A DNA stretch of 64,000 bases, taken from IMG/VR virus record IMGVR_UViG_3300047498_000060, positions 109,052 to 173,051 of that record; one strand, 5' to 3'. Positions 28,797 through 38,078 of the stretch are shown here, piece by piece. Made by a program: the position numbers and the translations under genes. Numbering within the stretch: position 1 is the stretch's first letter; each line of letters starts with the position of its first letter. A model generated the notes under the pieces. The model did not search any database and was not told where the DNA came from. It saw only the letters and a list, made by a program, of their open reading frames with translations. This DNA is from a virus.

Positions 28797-30089
28797 TCAA
28801 GCGAGAACATCCGGGTTGCCGCCGGTGTTAGTACCAAACACCTTGCCTGTGAGGAGCAGGTTTCCTGGTGTCGGTAGGATCTGCATCGTGCCCGTCACAG
28901 GCCCTCCAGTAGGAGGAAACGCAGGCGCCGTAAATATGACCTGCATCAGAGGTGAAGTCGCCGTGAATGGTTGCGTAGGATCTATGGGCGTTGTTACGAC
29001 GTCACCCTGTCTGACTACCGGCAACGTTCCGGCGCCTAGGCGTACAACCTTCCCCTTGATAGCCGTGTAGGACCCTCCGTCGATGTCGATGCCGTTGACG
29101 GCGGTCACCGAGATGGAGTCCTTGCACGTAAGCGTCACGGTGCCGGTGACGTCGAAGGTGAGATTCTTCGTAACCTGGAAGTAGAAGTTGCCGGCGAAAC
29201 GCGCGAGCCCGTTGCCCTGCCGATCGAAGGTGAACTTCATCACCGAGGCTGCGACCGCACCGCTCAGGACCTCGCCCGTCTGGGTGTTGAAGCCCTTCGG
29301 TGAGACAGTCACCTCATAGACGATGGGGTTGCCCCCCTTACCGTCATCGCCAGCGCCCACGCCTGCGGTGCCGATGCCCGTCGAGTCGGGCTCGGGGATC
29401 GGGTTGGTCACGTAGCCGGACGCGATCTTGATGTCGGCAGCTGCGTCGTTCGCGAACACACGCAGCGTCTGCATGTACGTCGCGGGGTACTGCGAGATGG
29501 AGGGCCCCACCTGGATGCCCCACGCTATGGTGCCACCCGCGTTGTCGTGCTCGTAGTTCTGGCTGATGTCGATGACCTGGTTGTTCAGCGGAATGAAGAT
29601 GCGCTGAGCGAGCTCGGTAGAGCCGATCTGCAAGACACCGCCGCGGCGCAGGATGACGAAGTTGTCGTCACGCGTACGCACCCAGATGTCCCCCGGGTTG
29701 GCCGGAGGACGCCCTCCTGCAAAGCTCGAGTCTGTTGAGTTCGCTACCGGAGCTCCGTGTGAGGCGGTGCCTTGCGGCGCGTCTTCCGTGGAGGCGTCGA
29801 CGGTCTCCGACGCCATGACGAAGCACAGCACGAACGGCGGCGAGGTATCGCTGGGGAGGGCGACCATGACCGTCGCGTTCACCTCAGGCATCACGTAAAC
29901 GCCCTCACCGTTCGAGTGGTGCAGGTAGGGCGAGCCGACCGAGATGCCCTTGTAGAACGTACGATCGAACTGTCCCTGGACATCGACCGTCCAGTTGTTC
30001 AGGTTGTAGTTCACAACCTTGCCTTGGACGATCCGACCCGCATCGTGCCCCTGCCGGCCCGTGAAGGAGGTACGAAACTTCGAGGCCAC
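28797..30089 (-). CDS. Baseplate spike protein (gpV/gp5/VgrG-like)
   Basis: N-terminal OB-fold pattern GKVVNYN...TVDV...YVMPEVNATVMV; beta-strand repeats (LTFDVTGTVTLTCKDSISVTA); VVRQGD tip motif. Confidence 0.7.
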   Translation of the reverse strand: MASKFRTSFTGRQGHDAGRIVQGKVVNYNLNNWTVDVQGQFDRTFYKGISVGSPYLHHSNGEGVYVMPEVNATVMVALPSDTSPPFVLCFVMASETVDASTEDAPQGTASHGAPVANSTDSSFAGGRPPANPGDIWVRTRDDNFVILRRGGVLQIGSTELAQRIFIPLNNQVIDISQNYEHDNAGGTIAWGIQVGPSISQYPATYMQTLRVFANDAAADIKIASGYVTNPIPEPDSTGIGTAGVGAGDDGKGGNPIVYEVTVSPKGFNTQTGEVLSGAVAASVMKFTFDRQGNGLARFAGNFYFQVTKNLTFDVTGTVTLTCKDSISVTAVNGIDIDGGSYTAIKGKVVRLGAGTLPVVRQGDVVTTPIDPTQPFTATSPLMQVIFTAPAFPPTGGPVTGTMQILPTPGNLLLTGKVFGTNTGGNPDVLA

Positions 30090-30103
30090 GGGCTGACTCT
30101 ACC

Positions 30104-33100
30104 TCAGTAATGGTGCGGAGCGACGTCTTTGAGGTGACCTTGGCCCGGAACAAGAGAGTCCTTCTTCGTTAGGCCTACCTCAGCCCCAAACGCAAGGGCC
30201 GGGATCGGATGCGTGCCATGCACAAGGGAGACGCCATGGACGGCCGCAGCCTCCTGGAGCGTTTCGCGCAGGTGGTTGTGCTGCAACTTCGCCATCCAGT
30301 CCTCGTGGAGTCCGCGCGGCATGATGTCGATGCCTTTGAGAACGGGGCTGTGTTCGATGGGCGCCTTGCCGGCGCGAATGAGCTCCTCGTTCATCTTCCG
30401 AACAACAGGGAGCGGACGGAACTCTCCACGCAGGACAGTGTCGTGGTCACCTGGGTCTTCCACACGCGTGAGGCTGCCCATCGACTTCACCACCATCTCG
30501 ATAGCGCGGCGCTTGAGACCCTCGTTCTTGTAAAGGTCAAAGATGGCCCCGGTCAGATGGTTCTGGACCTTGTCCATAGAGCCCGTGGCCGCAAAGAGAT
30601 GGTGCGGATTCACCACAGTACGATTCGGATCGGAGAGGTTCTGCCCGGCCTCGACCTTCATCCCCACCTTCGGCGGGAACCAGGACTTGTAGCCAGCGAT
30701 CACCGAGGCCCCTGGGAGGTTCTCGTGCAGGGCAAAGCCGCCGGCGTCCTTGCCGACGTGGTGCTTGCGTCCGCCCACGAAGATGTCCACGCCCGTCGCA
30801 GTCGGCTGGATCTTGTCGATGGTTCCTGCAGCGCCGGCGATGGTCGCCTGATTCGCAAGCTTCTTCGGCAGCCGTAGGAGGTTGTCGAAGTGTGCGAAGG
30901 CGCTGAGCAGCTTCGAGCCACCCTGCTCGCTGACGCCTCCAGTGTGGAAGCTCTTGAGGGTAAGCTGCACCGCGCGCTCTCCGACGGCGTGTGCGGCCTG
31001 CACACCGACGTTGGTGCCGAGCTCGTAGTGCTGCCCGCCCGAGGTCAGGCCTGCACACTTCTGGCAAACGCCATGCTCTTCCTCGCATTTCAGCGGCGAA
31101 CGCACCACGATGCTGGCATGCGGGTCAGCCGCGCGGATCTTCCCGACCTCCGCCGGCGTGAGCATCGTGCCCGCAGCGATGTGTGTGTTGCCGTGGTTGA
31201 AGTCCTGTTGGAGGTAGCGGTCGTGGACGTCGGGCTCGTTGATGTCGAGCGCAACGCCTTCCTTCGTCCCACAGTCGTGACTGTTGACAAGCACGTTCAC
31301 CATGCTCTGCATCAGCACCTTCGAGAGGGCGCCGGGCTTCTCGACTTCCTGCACCTTCATCACAGCGCCGCGGCGAGCTCCGTGCATCTGGGTCCAGTAG
31401 CTACCCATGTCGAGCCCCTCGGAGTAACTCTTCGTGACGGCGTTCGGGATGGGACGGTCGTGCGCGTCACGGTAGATCATAGGCGCCAGTACCATCTGCC
31501 GGTACTGATCCCACCCTGGCTTCACGCCGGCCTTGTACATCGTGAAGAGGTTGCTGGGATGTTCCTCTTGACTCTTCACGTGCAGCGCCTTCATCTCCGC
31601 AGCTGCCTCGTTGTACAGAGCGACGACCTGGTGATCCTTCTGCGCCTGCGTCAGCTTCGTGCTGGCTGCGACTTGCTTGACCTTCTCTTCGATCGGCTTG
31701 AGCGCCTTCTCTCGAGAAACCACGTCCGGTACGAAGTCCTTGAGTGAGAGGGAGTGCGTAGGCATCGGGACGAAGATGCTCTTGTGCGGATCAAGCGCAG
31801 CGTTGTGGACCCCTCCCTTCCCGAACTCGAACGGGTGACCCATACCTGTGGGGCGCGGGACCAACACGGAGCCGAAGGCCGCCCCGTTGCCGAGGTCCTT
31901 GAGTTTGTTGACGGAGCTGTCGTAGCTCGCGGTGTGCTCACGCGCGATGCGGGTGAGTAGCTTGTCGAGCCCCTTCGTGCCGCCCTCTTTCGCGCCTGCG
32001 TTGTCCAGGCGGTATTTCATGTCGTGCATCATGTGCGACTCGAGGTCGGGCGGCACCGCGCTGGACAGGAGCACGCGCCCTGGCGTCGTCATGCCGCCAG
32101 GAAGGTGGACCTGGTCGGTCATCTCAATGTGGCCCTTCTGCACAGCAGACAGCACCTCCGCAGGGTTCCCGTACTTCTTCCCTGTGTCCTTGCCGACCAC
32201 CGAGAGCTTGTAGAGACCGAGTGCGCTCTCGAGCGTGGGCTGGTACATGCTCTTGCCCGAGGCATCGCTGAAGAGATTGTTCGAGGGGAACATCTTCCGC
32301 GCCTCAGCCTTGGCTGCCTCTGTGATGGGCACGTACGCGCTCATCGTGTCGCCGTCGAAGTCCGCGTTGAAGCCGCCAGTCACGAGAGGGTGGATCTTGA
32401 TGGCGTTGCCTTCGACCGCGCGCGCCTTGAAGGCCTGGATGCTGTACTTGTGCAGAACCGGATCGCGCTTCAGGAGCACGGGATGGTCTGCCATCACCTT
32501 GTCGAGCGCCTTCCAGACCTGCGGAGTTGGCTTCGCAAGCAGGGGCGGCGCATCGAGCTCCGAGCCAATGGCTCCCATCTCCTTGAGCTTCCGCACCACG
32601 AAGGGCCGAAACAAGTTGAGCGCGGCGTTCTTCGGCAGACCCACCTCATCGAGACCGAGCGCAGGCTCAGGCACGATGGTGGAGCGCATCGAGAGATCCT
32701 GACGACGGCTCAGGAGCACATTCTGAAAGTAGCCGTACTTCGGTGAGCTCCCAGCGATGCGATGGAGGATACCCTTCTCCTTGGCGTCCGCGTACGGCGT
32801 GCCGACGCCCATGAGCGCCTTCACTCCGTCGTAGTAGTCGACGCGCAGGTCCCGCTTACCGGTCTCTAGGATGTCCCGCTTGATGACCGGATCCTTGAGC
32901 TCGTCGTTGACCTTCGCGAAGTCTGAATAGAGCTGGTTCAAGTCATCTGGCTTCAGGCTTCCGTCGGGCATCGGGGTGATAGGGCGCATCACCGGGGGGA
33001 GCACAGGCAGGTGGTGGAGCACGTACGCCTCGCTGGGCTTCAGCTTGAGGTCATGAAGCGCTCGCAAGAACTTCACTCGCTTCAGCGCCGGGTCGATCTT

Positions 33101-36100
33101 CGCCCCCGTCGCGCGATCGAGCGCCACTTGGGCAGGGCCAATCTCCTTACGCACATCTACGCGATCGAGGAGGAGCTTGATGCCCGCGCCACCGGTGGTG
33201 CCCTTGTTGGGGTCGGTCAGCTGCCCAGTGGGAGTCACGCCCTTCTCCCCATGAACGATGGCCTGGAAGTCCTTCTTGCCGATCTGGGCCACACTACAGA
33301 TGGCCTTCTCGAAGAAGGGATTGGGCAGCGGTTCCGCGAGCTCGATGTGCGTCCAGTGACGCCCCCCGTGTCCGCCTGTAAGACGCTCGTCGAAGAGCCC
33401 CCCGGTGCGGGGCTTGAGTTCCCCCTTCGAGTCGAGCTTCGTGTTGAGCCGCTCGGCTGCGTGGGTCAATGCCTTTGGTGCGAGCTCGAGGACCTGCGCG
33501 TCCGTCATCGGAGAGAGCGAGATGCTGTGACCGACCTTGTCCACATTCACGCCGGTCGCCCGAAGCATGTCGGTGAACTTCTGGTAGGCGAAGGTCGGCT
33601 TCGGCGGTGGGATGAGTCCTCCCGACTGGATCGCCGCCCAGATCTTGTTGTGGTCGCTCGGCCATGCCTTGCGTGGGTCGGTCTGCGGGTCCACACCCTC
33701 GGACTTGTACGTCTGCATCTCGCGCAGGTTGGCTTTCGCTCCGTGCGCCAGGAGCGCGTAGAGATCGAGGCCACCGATGGAAGGACCGCCCGTGCCGGAG
33801 CCGCCCACGGGCTGCAGGTTCAGATCGTAGCCCTCAGGCTGCATCCCCGGGATGTTCATCCCGCTGCGCACCGAGAGCTTCTTCTCGACCTGATGGACGA
33901 GCTTCAGTAGGTGTTGCGGACCCACGAGTGCCTTGCCCAGAGACTGGTGCGTGTGGGGATCGAAGAGCTCCTCGGTGTCCTCGAGGCCGTGAGCCTTGAG
34001 GTCCGCGGTCACCTTCTCGAGCGCGTTGAACTTCGGCTGGAAGTTCTGGACGACGTACGGCTTGCCCGTCTTCAGCGCGATCTTCCCTGCGGCCGTCTCG
34101 AGGACCTGGCCCACGTTCATGCGACCGGGCACCCCCGAGGGATTGAGTGCGACCTCGACGTGCTTGCCGTCCTTTGTATGAGGCATCTCCTTGTCGGGGA
34201 GGATCATCGTGCAAATGCCTTTGTTGCCGTAGCGCCCGGCGAGCTTGTCGCCCACCTGCATGGGCTCGACAGTCCGCACATGCACCGTCACCCCCTCCTT
34301 GGTGTGGTGCACGCCGACGACCTGACCATCGAACTCACTGTCCCACCGCAGACTCTTGTCCACGTGCGCAGCAGCCATCACCTTGCGGACCGCGGCCATC
34401 CCCGTGCGGTCCTTTAGCTGATAGGGCTTCATCGCGGTGATGAGCGGGTCACCTGGCTTGACCGTCTGGCCAACACGGATGACGCCCTTGTCGTCGAGCT
34501 TGTCGAACTGCTTCGTGTTGTAGAGCCCGTGGTGCTCCAACATGAAGCGCTTCTTGTCGAGCACCAGCGTGTCCTCGAGTGGCAACGAGGGCTTGTGCAT
34601 GTGCGCGCTAGATAGGGCCTCTGCTGCACTCTGGCTGATGACGACGCCGTCCTCGAAGTTGTACCCCTTGAACGGGATGTACGCGACGCGCAGGTTCGTG
34701 CCGAGCGCGAGGATGCCCTTCTTCGAGTAGTTCGTGTCCGCGACCACCTGGTTCTTCTTCACGCGGTCGCCGACAGCGACGATGGGGGTGGAATCGAGCA
34801 CCCCCTTCGCCTCGTTGACCGGGAAGTTGTGGTAAATCTGGACCTCGTGCTTCTCCCCTGTGTCGCTATGAATGGTCACGCCCTGTGGAGTCACTGCGAC
34901 GACCTTGCCGTCCGCCGGCGACGTGTGTGAGGTGAGCCCTCCCATGAGACGCTCGAAGGTCTGACCGCCTTCGGTGCTCGCCCCTGTGCCGACCTGTACA
35001 AGCGCGGGTTCGCGATGCACGAGAGAGATGGCCTGCTCCATGTGCCGGCTCGCCATAGAGGCGCGTCCACCAGAGGTGTTCGCCAGGAACGGCAGCAGGT
35101 TCGACGTCATGTTGAAGAGCTGGCTGGGATAGCGGACAGCGTACTGCGCGTTCGAGAACTTCCCCTGCCGCACGTCATCCCCGCCACCAGTCATCTGCAC
35201 CATGTCGCCGATGGGGTGCGGCCTGCCGTCTACCCAGTGCACCTGATCTGGCAGCACGATGTGGACCTTGGAGGCTTCCCCCGGAGAGACCAGATCGTAC
35301 TTGCCGGTCTTTAGGTTGTAGAGACGAATGCGAGCTTCGCCGCGCGACTCTCCGCTCACAAGTCGATCGACTTTCTGCAGCCCGAAAGGAAGACGCAGTG
35401 TCACGCCAGTGGACGCGCCTTCGGGGGTGTTGATGGGATCGAGGAAGCCTAGGTGGCTGGCGTTGATGAACTTCACCTCGTCTTTGATCTGTCGGTCGCT
35501 CTGGATGCCGCCAGGCCCCATGACTGTGGTCTGGAAGGATGCGGCTAGCATCTCCACCGGGTTGATCTGCGCAGCCGGTCCGGCCGCTGCGTTCTTCTGG
35601 AACGTCTCCAAGATGGGCTTGTTGAACATCCCGATCTGGACAACGTCACGGACATTCTTCGCTTGGTTGATCTTGGCAGAGATCTTCCGCTGGATGACCT
35701 TCCGTCCCGCCTCTAGAATACGGTCGTGCGCGAAGTCTCCTACCGAGCGCAGATCCTTGAAGATGAGCGACTCGCGATCGTCCTCCTTCGCACCGCCCTG
35801 CACGCGTAGGAGCTTCTCTGTCGCACGCTGCAGTGCATCCCCAGTTACGTGCTCGAACGGCTTGCCCAATGTGAGCTCCGTCGAATCGGGGCGCAGCACG
35901 GAGGCAGTCATCGTATCGTAGAAGTGAGCTGCCGCAGTCTCGTGATCCGGAGCTGCGACTTTCTTCGTGCTCTTGTAGAAGGCAGCGAGAGCGCCGTCCT
36001 TCTTCGCGGCGTTCTTGTTCGCTTCGTAGACCTCTTTGCCCCAGGCCTTCTCGAGCTGCGCGTCATCGACGCCGAGCGTCTTCACAAGCTGATAGAGCGG

Positions 36101-36613
36101 GATCTTGCTTGAGCTCTTCCCGTACTCCATGTGGAAGACCTTGGTGTCGGGATTGAACACCACGTCGAAGCTCTTGCGGTTCTTGATGTTGAACTGCGTC
36201 TCGAGCTCTCCGTTGAGACGCCGCTGCGTGTACACGCCTGACTTCAGCTGCCACTGGTTGTTGACCTGATATTCCTTGGCGCCACTGCGCGACGAGACGA
36301 TGTACGAGTACCGGTTCGTCATCTTCGGGATGTCGGCGATGCGCATCTTGCGCGAGTCCACGACATTGCCCGTCGCGTTGTCACGCAGGGTGAGGTTGGC
36401 GTACACAGGCACGGACCACGTCTCGCCGGCGAGCTTGTGCGCGTGCTGGTCGCGGATGTCCGATGGATCCTTGTCGTCCTTGATGCTCAGCCCATCGAGG
36501 TGGAGCGACTGAGTCTTCCCCTTGATGACGCCATCCGGGAACTGACTCTTGATCCCCTCGAGCACGCGCTGCTGGAGGTTCTCGGATGCTTCTTTGGGGT
36601 CCAGGTAGGCCAA
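30104..36613 (-). CDS. Single-chain two-barrel DNA-directed RNA polymerase, beta fused to beta' (~2170 aa)
   Basis: Beta motifs GPGG, TPEG..G, GYNFEDG, GDKLAGRYGNKG, NPSGVPGRMNVGQ; beta' motifs HIELA, LPVLPP..RP, RDPVLH, NADFDGD (32348-32368), DCGT..RSPLKC..CQKC, QLTLKSFHTGG; likely TTG start at 36613 with GAGGT RBS. Confidence 0.93.
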   Translation of the reverse strand: MAYLDPKEASENLQQRVLEGIKSQFPDGVIKGKTQSLHLDGLSIKDDKDPSDIRDQHAHKLAGETWSVPVYANLTLRDNATGNVVDSRKMRIADIPKMTNRYSYIVSSRSGAKEYQVNNQWQLKSGVYTQRRLNGELETQFNIKNRKSFDVVFNPDTKVFHMEYGKSSSKIPLYQLVKTLGVDDAQLEKAWGKEVYEANKNAAKKDGALAAFYKSTKKVAAPDHETAAAHFYDTMTASVLRPDSTELTLGKPFEHVTGDALQRATEKLLRVQGGAKEDDRESLIFKDLRSVGDFAHDRILEAGRKVIQRKISAKINQAKNVRDVVQIGMFNKPILETFQKNAAAGPAAQINPVEMLAASFQTTVMGPGGIQSDRQIKDEVKFINASHLGFLDPINTPEGASTGVTLRLPFGLQKVDRLVSGESRGEARIRLYNLKTGKYDLVSPGEASKVHIVLPDQVHWVDGRPHPIGDMVQMTGGGDDVRQGKFSNAQYAVRYPSQLFNMTSNLLPFLANTSGGRASMASRHMEQAISLVHREPALVQVGTGASTEGGQTFERLMGGLTSHTSPADGKVVAVTPQGVTIHSDTGEKHEVQIYHNFPVNEAKGVLDSTPIVAVGDRVKKNQVVADTNYSKKGILALGTNLRVAYIPFKGYNFEDGVVISQSAAEALSSAHMHKPSLPLEDTLVLDKKRFMLEHHGLYNTKQFDKLDDKGVIRVGQTVKPGDPLITAMKPYQLKDRTGMAAVRKVMAAAHVDKSLRWDSEFDGQVVGVHHTKEGVTVHVRTVEPMQVGDKLAGRYGNKGICTMILPDKEMPHTKDGKHVEVALNPSGVPGRMNVGQVLETAAGKIALKTGKPYVVQNFQPKFNALEKVTADLKAHGLEDTEELFDPHTHQSLGKALVGPQHLLKLVHQVEKKLSVRSGMNIPGMQPEGYDLNLQPVGGSGTGGPSIGGLDLYALLAHGAKANLREMQTYKSEGVDPQTDPRKAWPSDHNKIWAAIQSGGLIPPPKPTFAYQKFTDMLRATGVNVDKVGHSISLSPMTDAQVLELAPKALTHAAERLNTKLDSKGELKPRTGGLFDERLTGGHGGRHWTHIELAEPLPNPFFEKAICSVAQIGKKDFQAIVHGEKGVTPTGQLTDPNKGTTGGAGIKLLLDRVDVRKEIGPAQVALDRATGAKIDPALKRVKFLRALHDLKLKPSEAYVLHHLPVLPPVMRPITPMPDGSLKPDDLNQLYSDFAKVNDELKDPVIKRDILETGKRDLRVDYYDGVKALMGVGTPYADAKEKGILHRIAGSSPKYGYFQNVLLSRRQDLSMRSTIVPEPALGLDEVGLPKNAALNLFRPFVVRKLKEMGAIGSELDAPPLLAKPTPQVWKALDKVMADHPVLLKRDPVLHKYSIQAFKARAVEGNAIKIHPLVTGGFNADFDGDTMSAYVPITEAAKAEARKMFPSNNLFSDASGKSMYQPTLESALGLYKLSVVGKDTGKKYGNPAEVLSAVQKGHIEMTDQVHLPGGMTTPGRVLLSSAVPPDLESHMMHDMKYRLDNAGAKEGGTKGLDKLLTRIAREHTASYDSSVNKLKDLGNGAAFGSVLVPRPTGMGHPFEFGKGGVHNAALDPHKSIFVPMPTHSLSLKDFVPDVVSREKALKPIEEKVKQVAASTKLTQAQKDHQVVALYNEAAAEMKALHVKSQEEHPSNLFTMYKAGVKPGWDQYRQMVLAPMIYRDAHDRPIPNAVTKSYSEGLDMGSYWTQMHGARRGAVMKVQEVEKPGALSKVLMQSMVNVLVNSHDCGTKEGVALDINEPDVHDRYLQQDFNHGNTHIAAGTMLTPAEVGKIRAADPHASIVVRSPLKCEEEHGVCQKCAGLTSGGQHYELGTNVGVQAAHAVGERAVQLTLKSFHTGGVSEQGGSKLLSAFAHFDNLLRLPKKLANQATIAGAAGTIDKIQPTATGVDIFVGGRKHHVGKDAGGFALHENLPGASVIAGYKSWFPPKVGMKVEAGQNLSDPNRTVVNPHHLFAATGSMDKVQNHLTGAIFDLYKNEGLKRRAIEMVVKSMGSLTRVEDPGDHDTVLRGEFRPLPVVRKMNEELIRAGKAPIEHSPVLKGIDIMPRGLHEDWMAKLQHNHLRETLQEAAAVHGVSLVHGTHPIPALAFGAEVGLTKKDSLVPGQGHLKDVAPHHY

Positions 36614-36693
36614 CGGATGTACCTCAGCTTCAGCGTACCGCGCGGCAGGAAAGCGGTGCAAGCAACGCGTGGATGCGGGGACAAGGATCTTGC

Positions 36694-36831
36694 ATGAAAC
36701 AGACGCCTAAGCAGCAACCACCTACACAAGGCGCTCGCTTCGCAGACCTCATCGCGGAGATGTTCGAGCCCAGAAAGAACAACAAGCAGAAGACAGAAGA
36801 AGAAGAGAAGCGAGATAAGAAAACTGCGTGA
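36694..36831 (+). CDS. Small hypothetical protein
   Basis: MKQTPKQQP...; 45 aa; first gene of a plus-strand island. Confidence 0.4.
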   Translation: MKQTPKQQPPTQGARFADLIAEMFEPRKNNKQKTEEEEKRDKKTA

Positions 36832-37019
36832 ACACGCTCTGGAAGTTCTTCATCGCGGGCCTTCTGAATGGACTCATGATCTGGATGCGCGAACGACTCA
36901 AGGAGGATGATGCTGCTCAACGTTTACGAAACGCGTCCGGAAGTAGTTCCGGGAACGCGTCGACTGGAGGCGGACTTCGGGATCCAAGGCCAACGCCTCC
37001 GGGACCTGTACAACGCTGA
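36828..37019 (+). CDS. Small protein with N-terminal hydrophobic helix
   Basis: MNTLWKFFIAGLLNGLMIWMRERL; GTGA coupling to the upstream ORF. Confidence 0.4.
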   Translation: MNTLWKFFIAGLLNGLMIWMRERLKEDDAAQRLRNASGSSSGNASTGGGLRDPRPTPPGPVQR

Positions 37020-37497
37020 ACGGTACTGGGAGGTGGGCGAGTCCTACCTTCCTTTCTACGGCCGCGCTCTCGGCGGCATACGCGTGAAGCTCACGGACCA
37101 GAAGGGCTTCATCACGTTCTGCAACCAGCGGGACTTAGAGGTGCTTCTGGGAATGGCCCGCCCCGGCGATTGGTGCCGCTGGGCGGGCGAGGAATACGTG
37201 GCGCCTGACCACGAGAAGTGGATGGGCCTCTGCTGCGATGATGCTGACGTGGAGGACGTGTTGTTCGGAGCCGAGATGACGCTCCGACAGTACAGCCAGT
37301 ACAACGGCTGGCTCGTTCCTCCGATGGACGTGGAGTTCCGTATCCACGTCGAAACTGGGTACGACGTCGAGGAGACGCACGTACTCGTCATGGACCACGA
37401 CCCCACGACGGGGTTGGGTCCGGACACACAGCTCGAGACGCTCTATCGCCGATGGGCGCGCTCAGAAAGGAGGCGTATTCAATGGAACCGGGTCTGA
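36907..37497 (+). CDS. Hypothetical protein
   Basis: 196 aa, AAGGAGG RBS, GC3 bias. Confidence 0.65.
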   Translation: MMLLNVYETRPEVVPGTRRLEADFGIQGQRLRDLYNAERYWEVGESYLPFYGRALGGIRVKLTDQKGFITFCNQRDLEVLLGMARPGDWCRWAGEEYVAPDHEKWMGLCCDDADVEDVLFGAEMTLRQYSQYNGWLVPPMDVEFRIHVETGYDVEETHVLVMDHDPTTGLGPDTQLETLYRRWARSERRRIQWNRV

Positions 37498-38078
37498 CTC
37501 TTCCCCCTGCGCCCCGGCGCGATTCGGGCAACAACTGCGTCGATCCTGACTGCGACGCAACTTTGTTCTACGGCAACGAAGTCGTCCGCATTCAAGTCGT
37601 CCTCGTGCAACGAGGAGACGGCGAGATGCACCAGTACCCGGTCATCGACGAGGACGACCCTGCTCGGGACTTCTTATTCGAGCCGTACTACTTCTGCATG
37701 GACTGCTGGAGCAAAACCTACGAGTTCGCGAAAACCGAACTCAAGGATCAGCTCCCAATCACTGACGCATACAGCGTCTTCGACTGCTCCTTCTGCGCGA
37801 GCGGCATCCGCGAAGTGAAAGAGTACACGGGCGTCGCCGAGATCGGAGAGTTCGAGCTCTCCCGGCGTGCGCCGGACGGCCTGAGAGGGCCGCTCTTCGT
37901 AGTCACAGCAAAGCCGATGCTCCTCTGCATCAGCTGCCTCCAGCTCGTCAACGAGGGTTACATCGAGCTCTGGTCGAACCTCTCGCAAAACGGCGAGTGC
38001 ATCGACTGCTGCACCGCGCGCTGCTGGCGCGCTCCCTGTTCCTGTACCTGCCACTCCGACGAAGAGACCTCCGCATGA
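37482..38078 (+). CDS. Cys-rich multi zinc-finger protein
   Basis: CVDPDC, CMDC, CSFC, CISC, CIDCC...CSCTCH; AGGAGG RBS. Confidence 0.65.
   Translation: MEPGLTLPPAPRRDSGNNCVDPDCDATLFYGNEVVRIQVVLVQRGDGEMHQYPVIDEDDPARDFLFEPYYFCMDCWSKTYEFAKTELKDQLPITDAYSVFDCSFCASGIREVKEYTGVAEIGEFELSRRAPDGLRGPLFVVTAKPMLLCISCLQLVNEGYIELWSNLSQNGECIDCCTARCWRAPCSCTCHSDEETSA

Noticed and set aside
30104-36613. Host rpoBC operon or bacterial contamination
   Set aside because: No ribosomal-protein context, strongly diverged and reduced sequence, flanked by phage baseplate genes.
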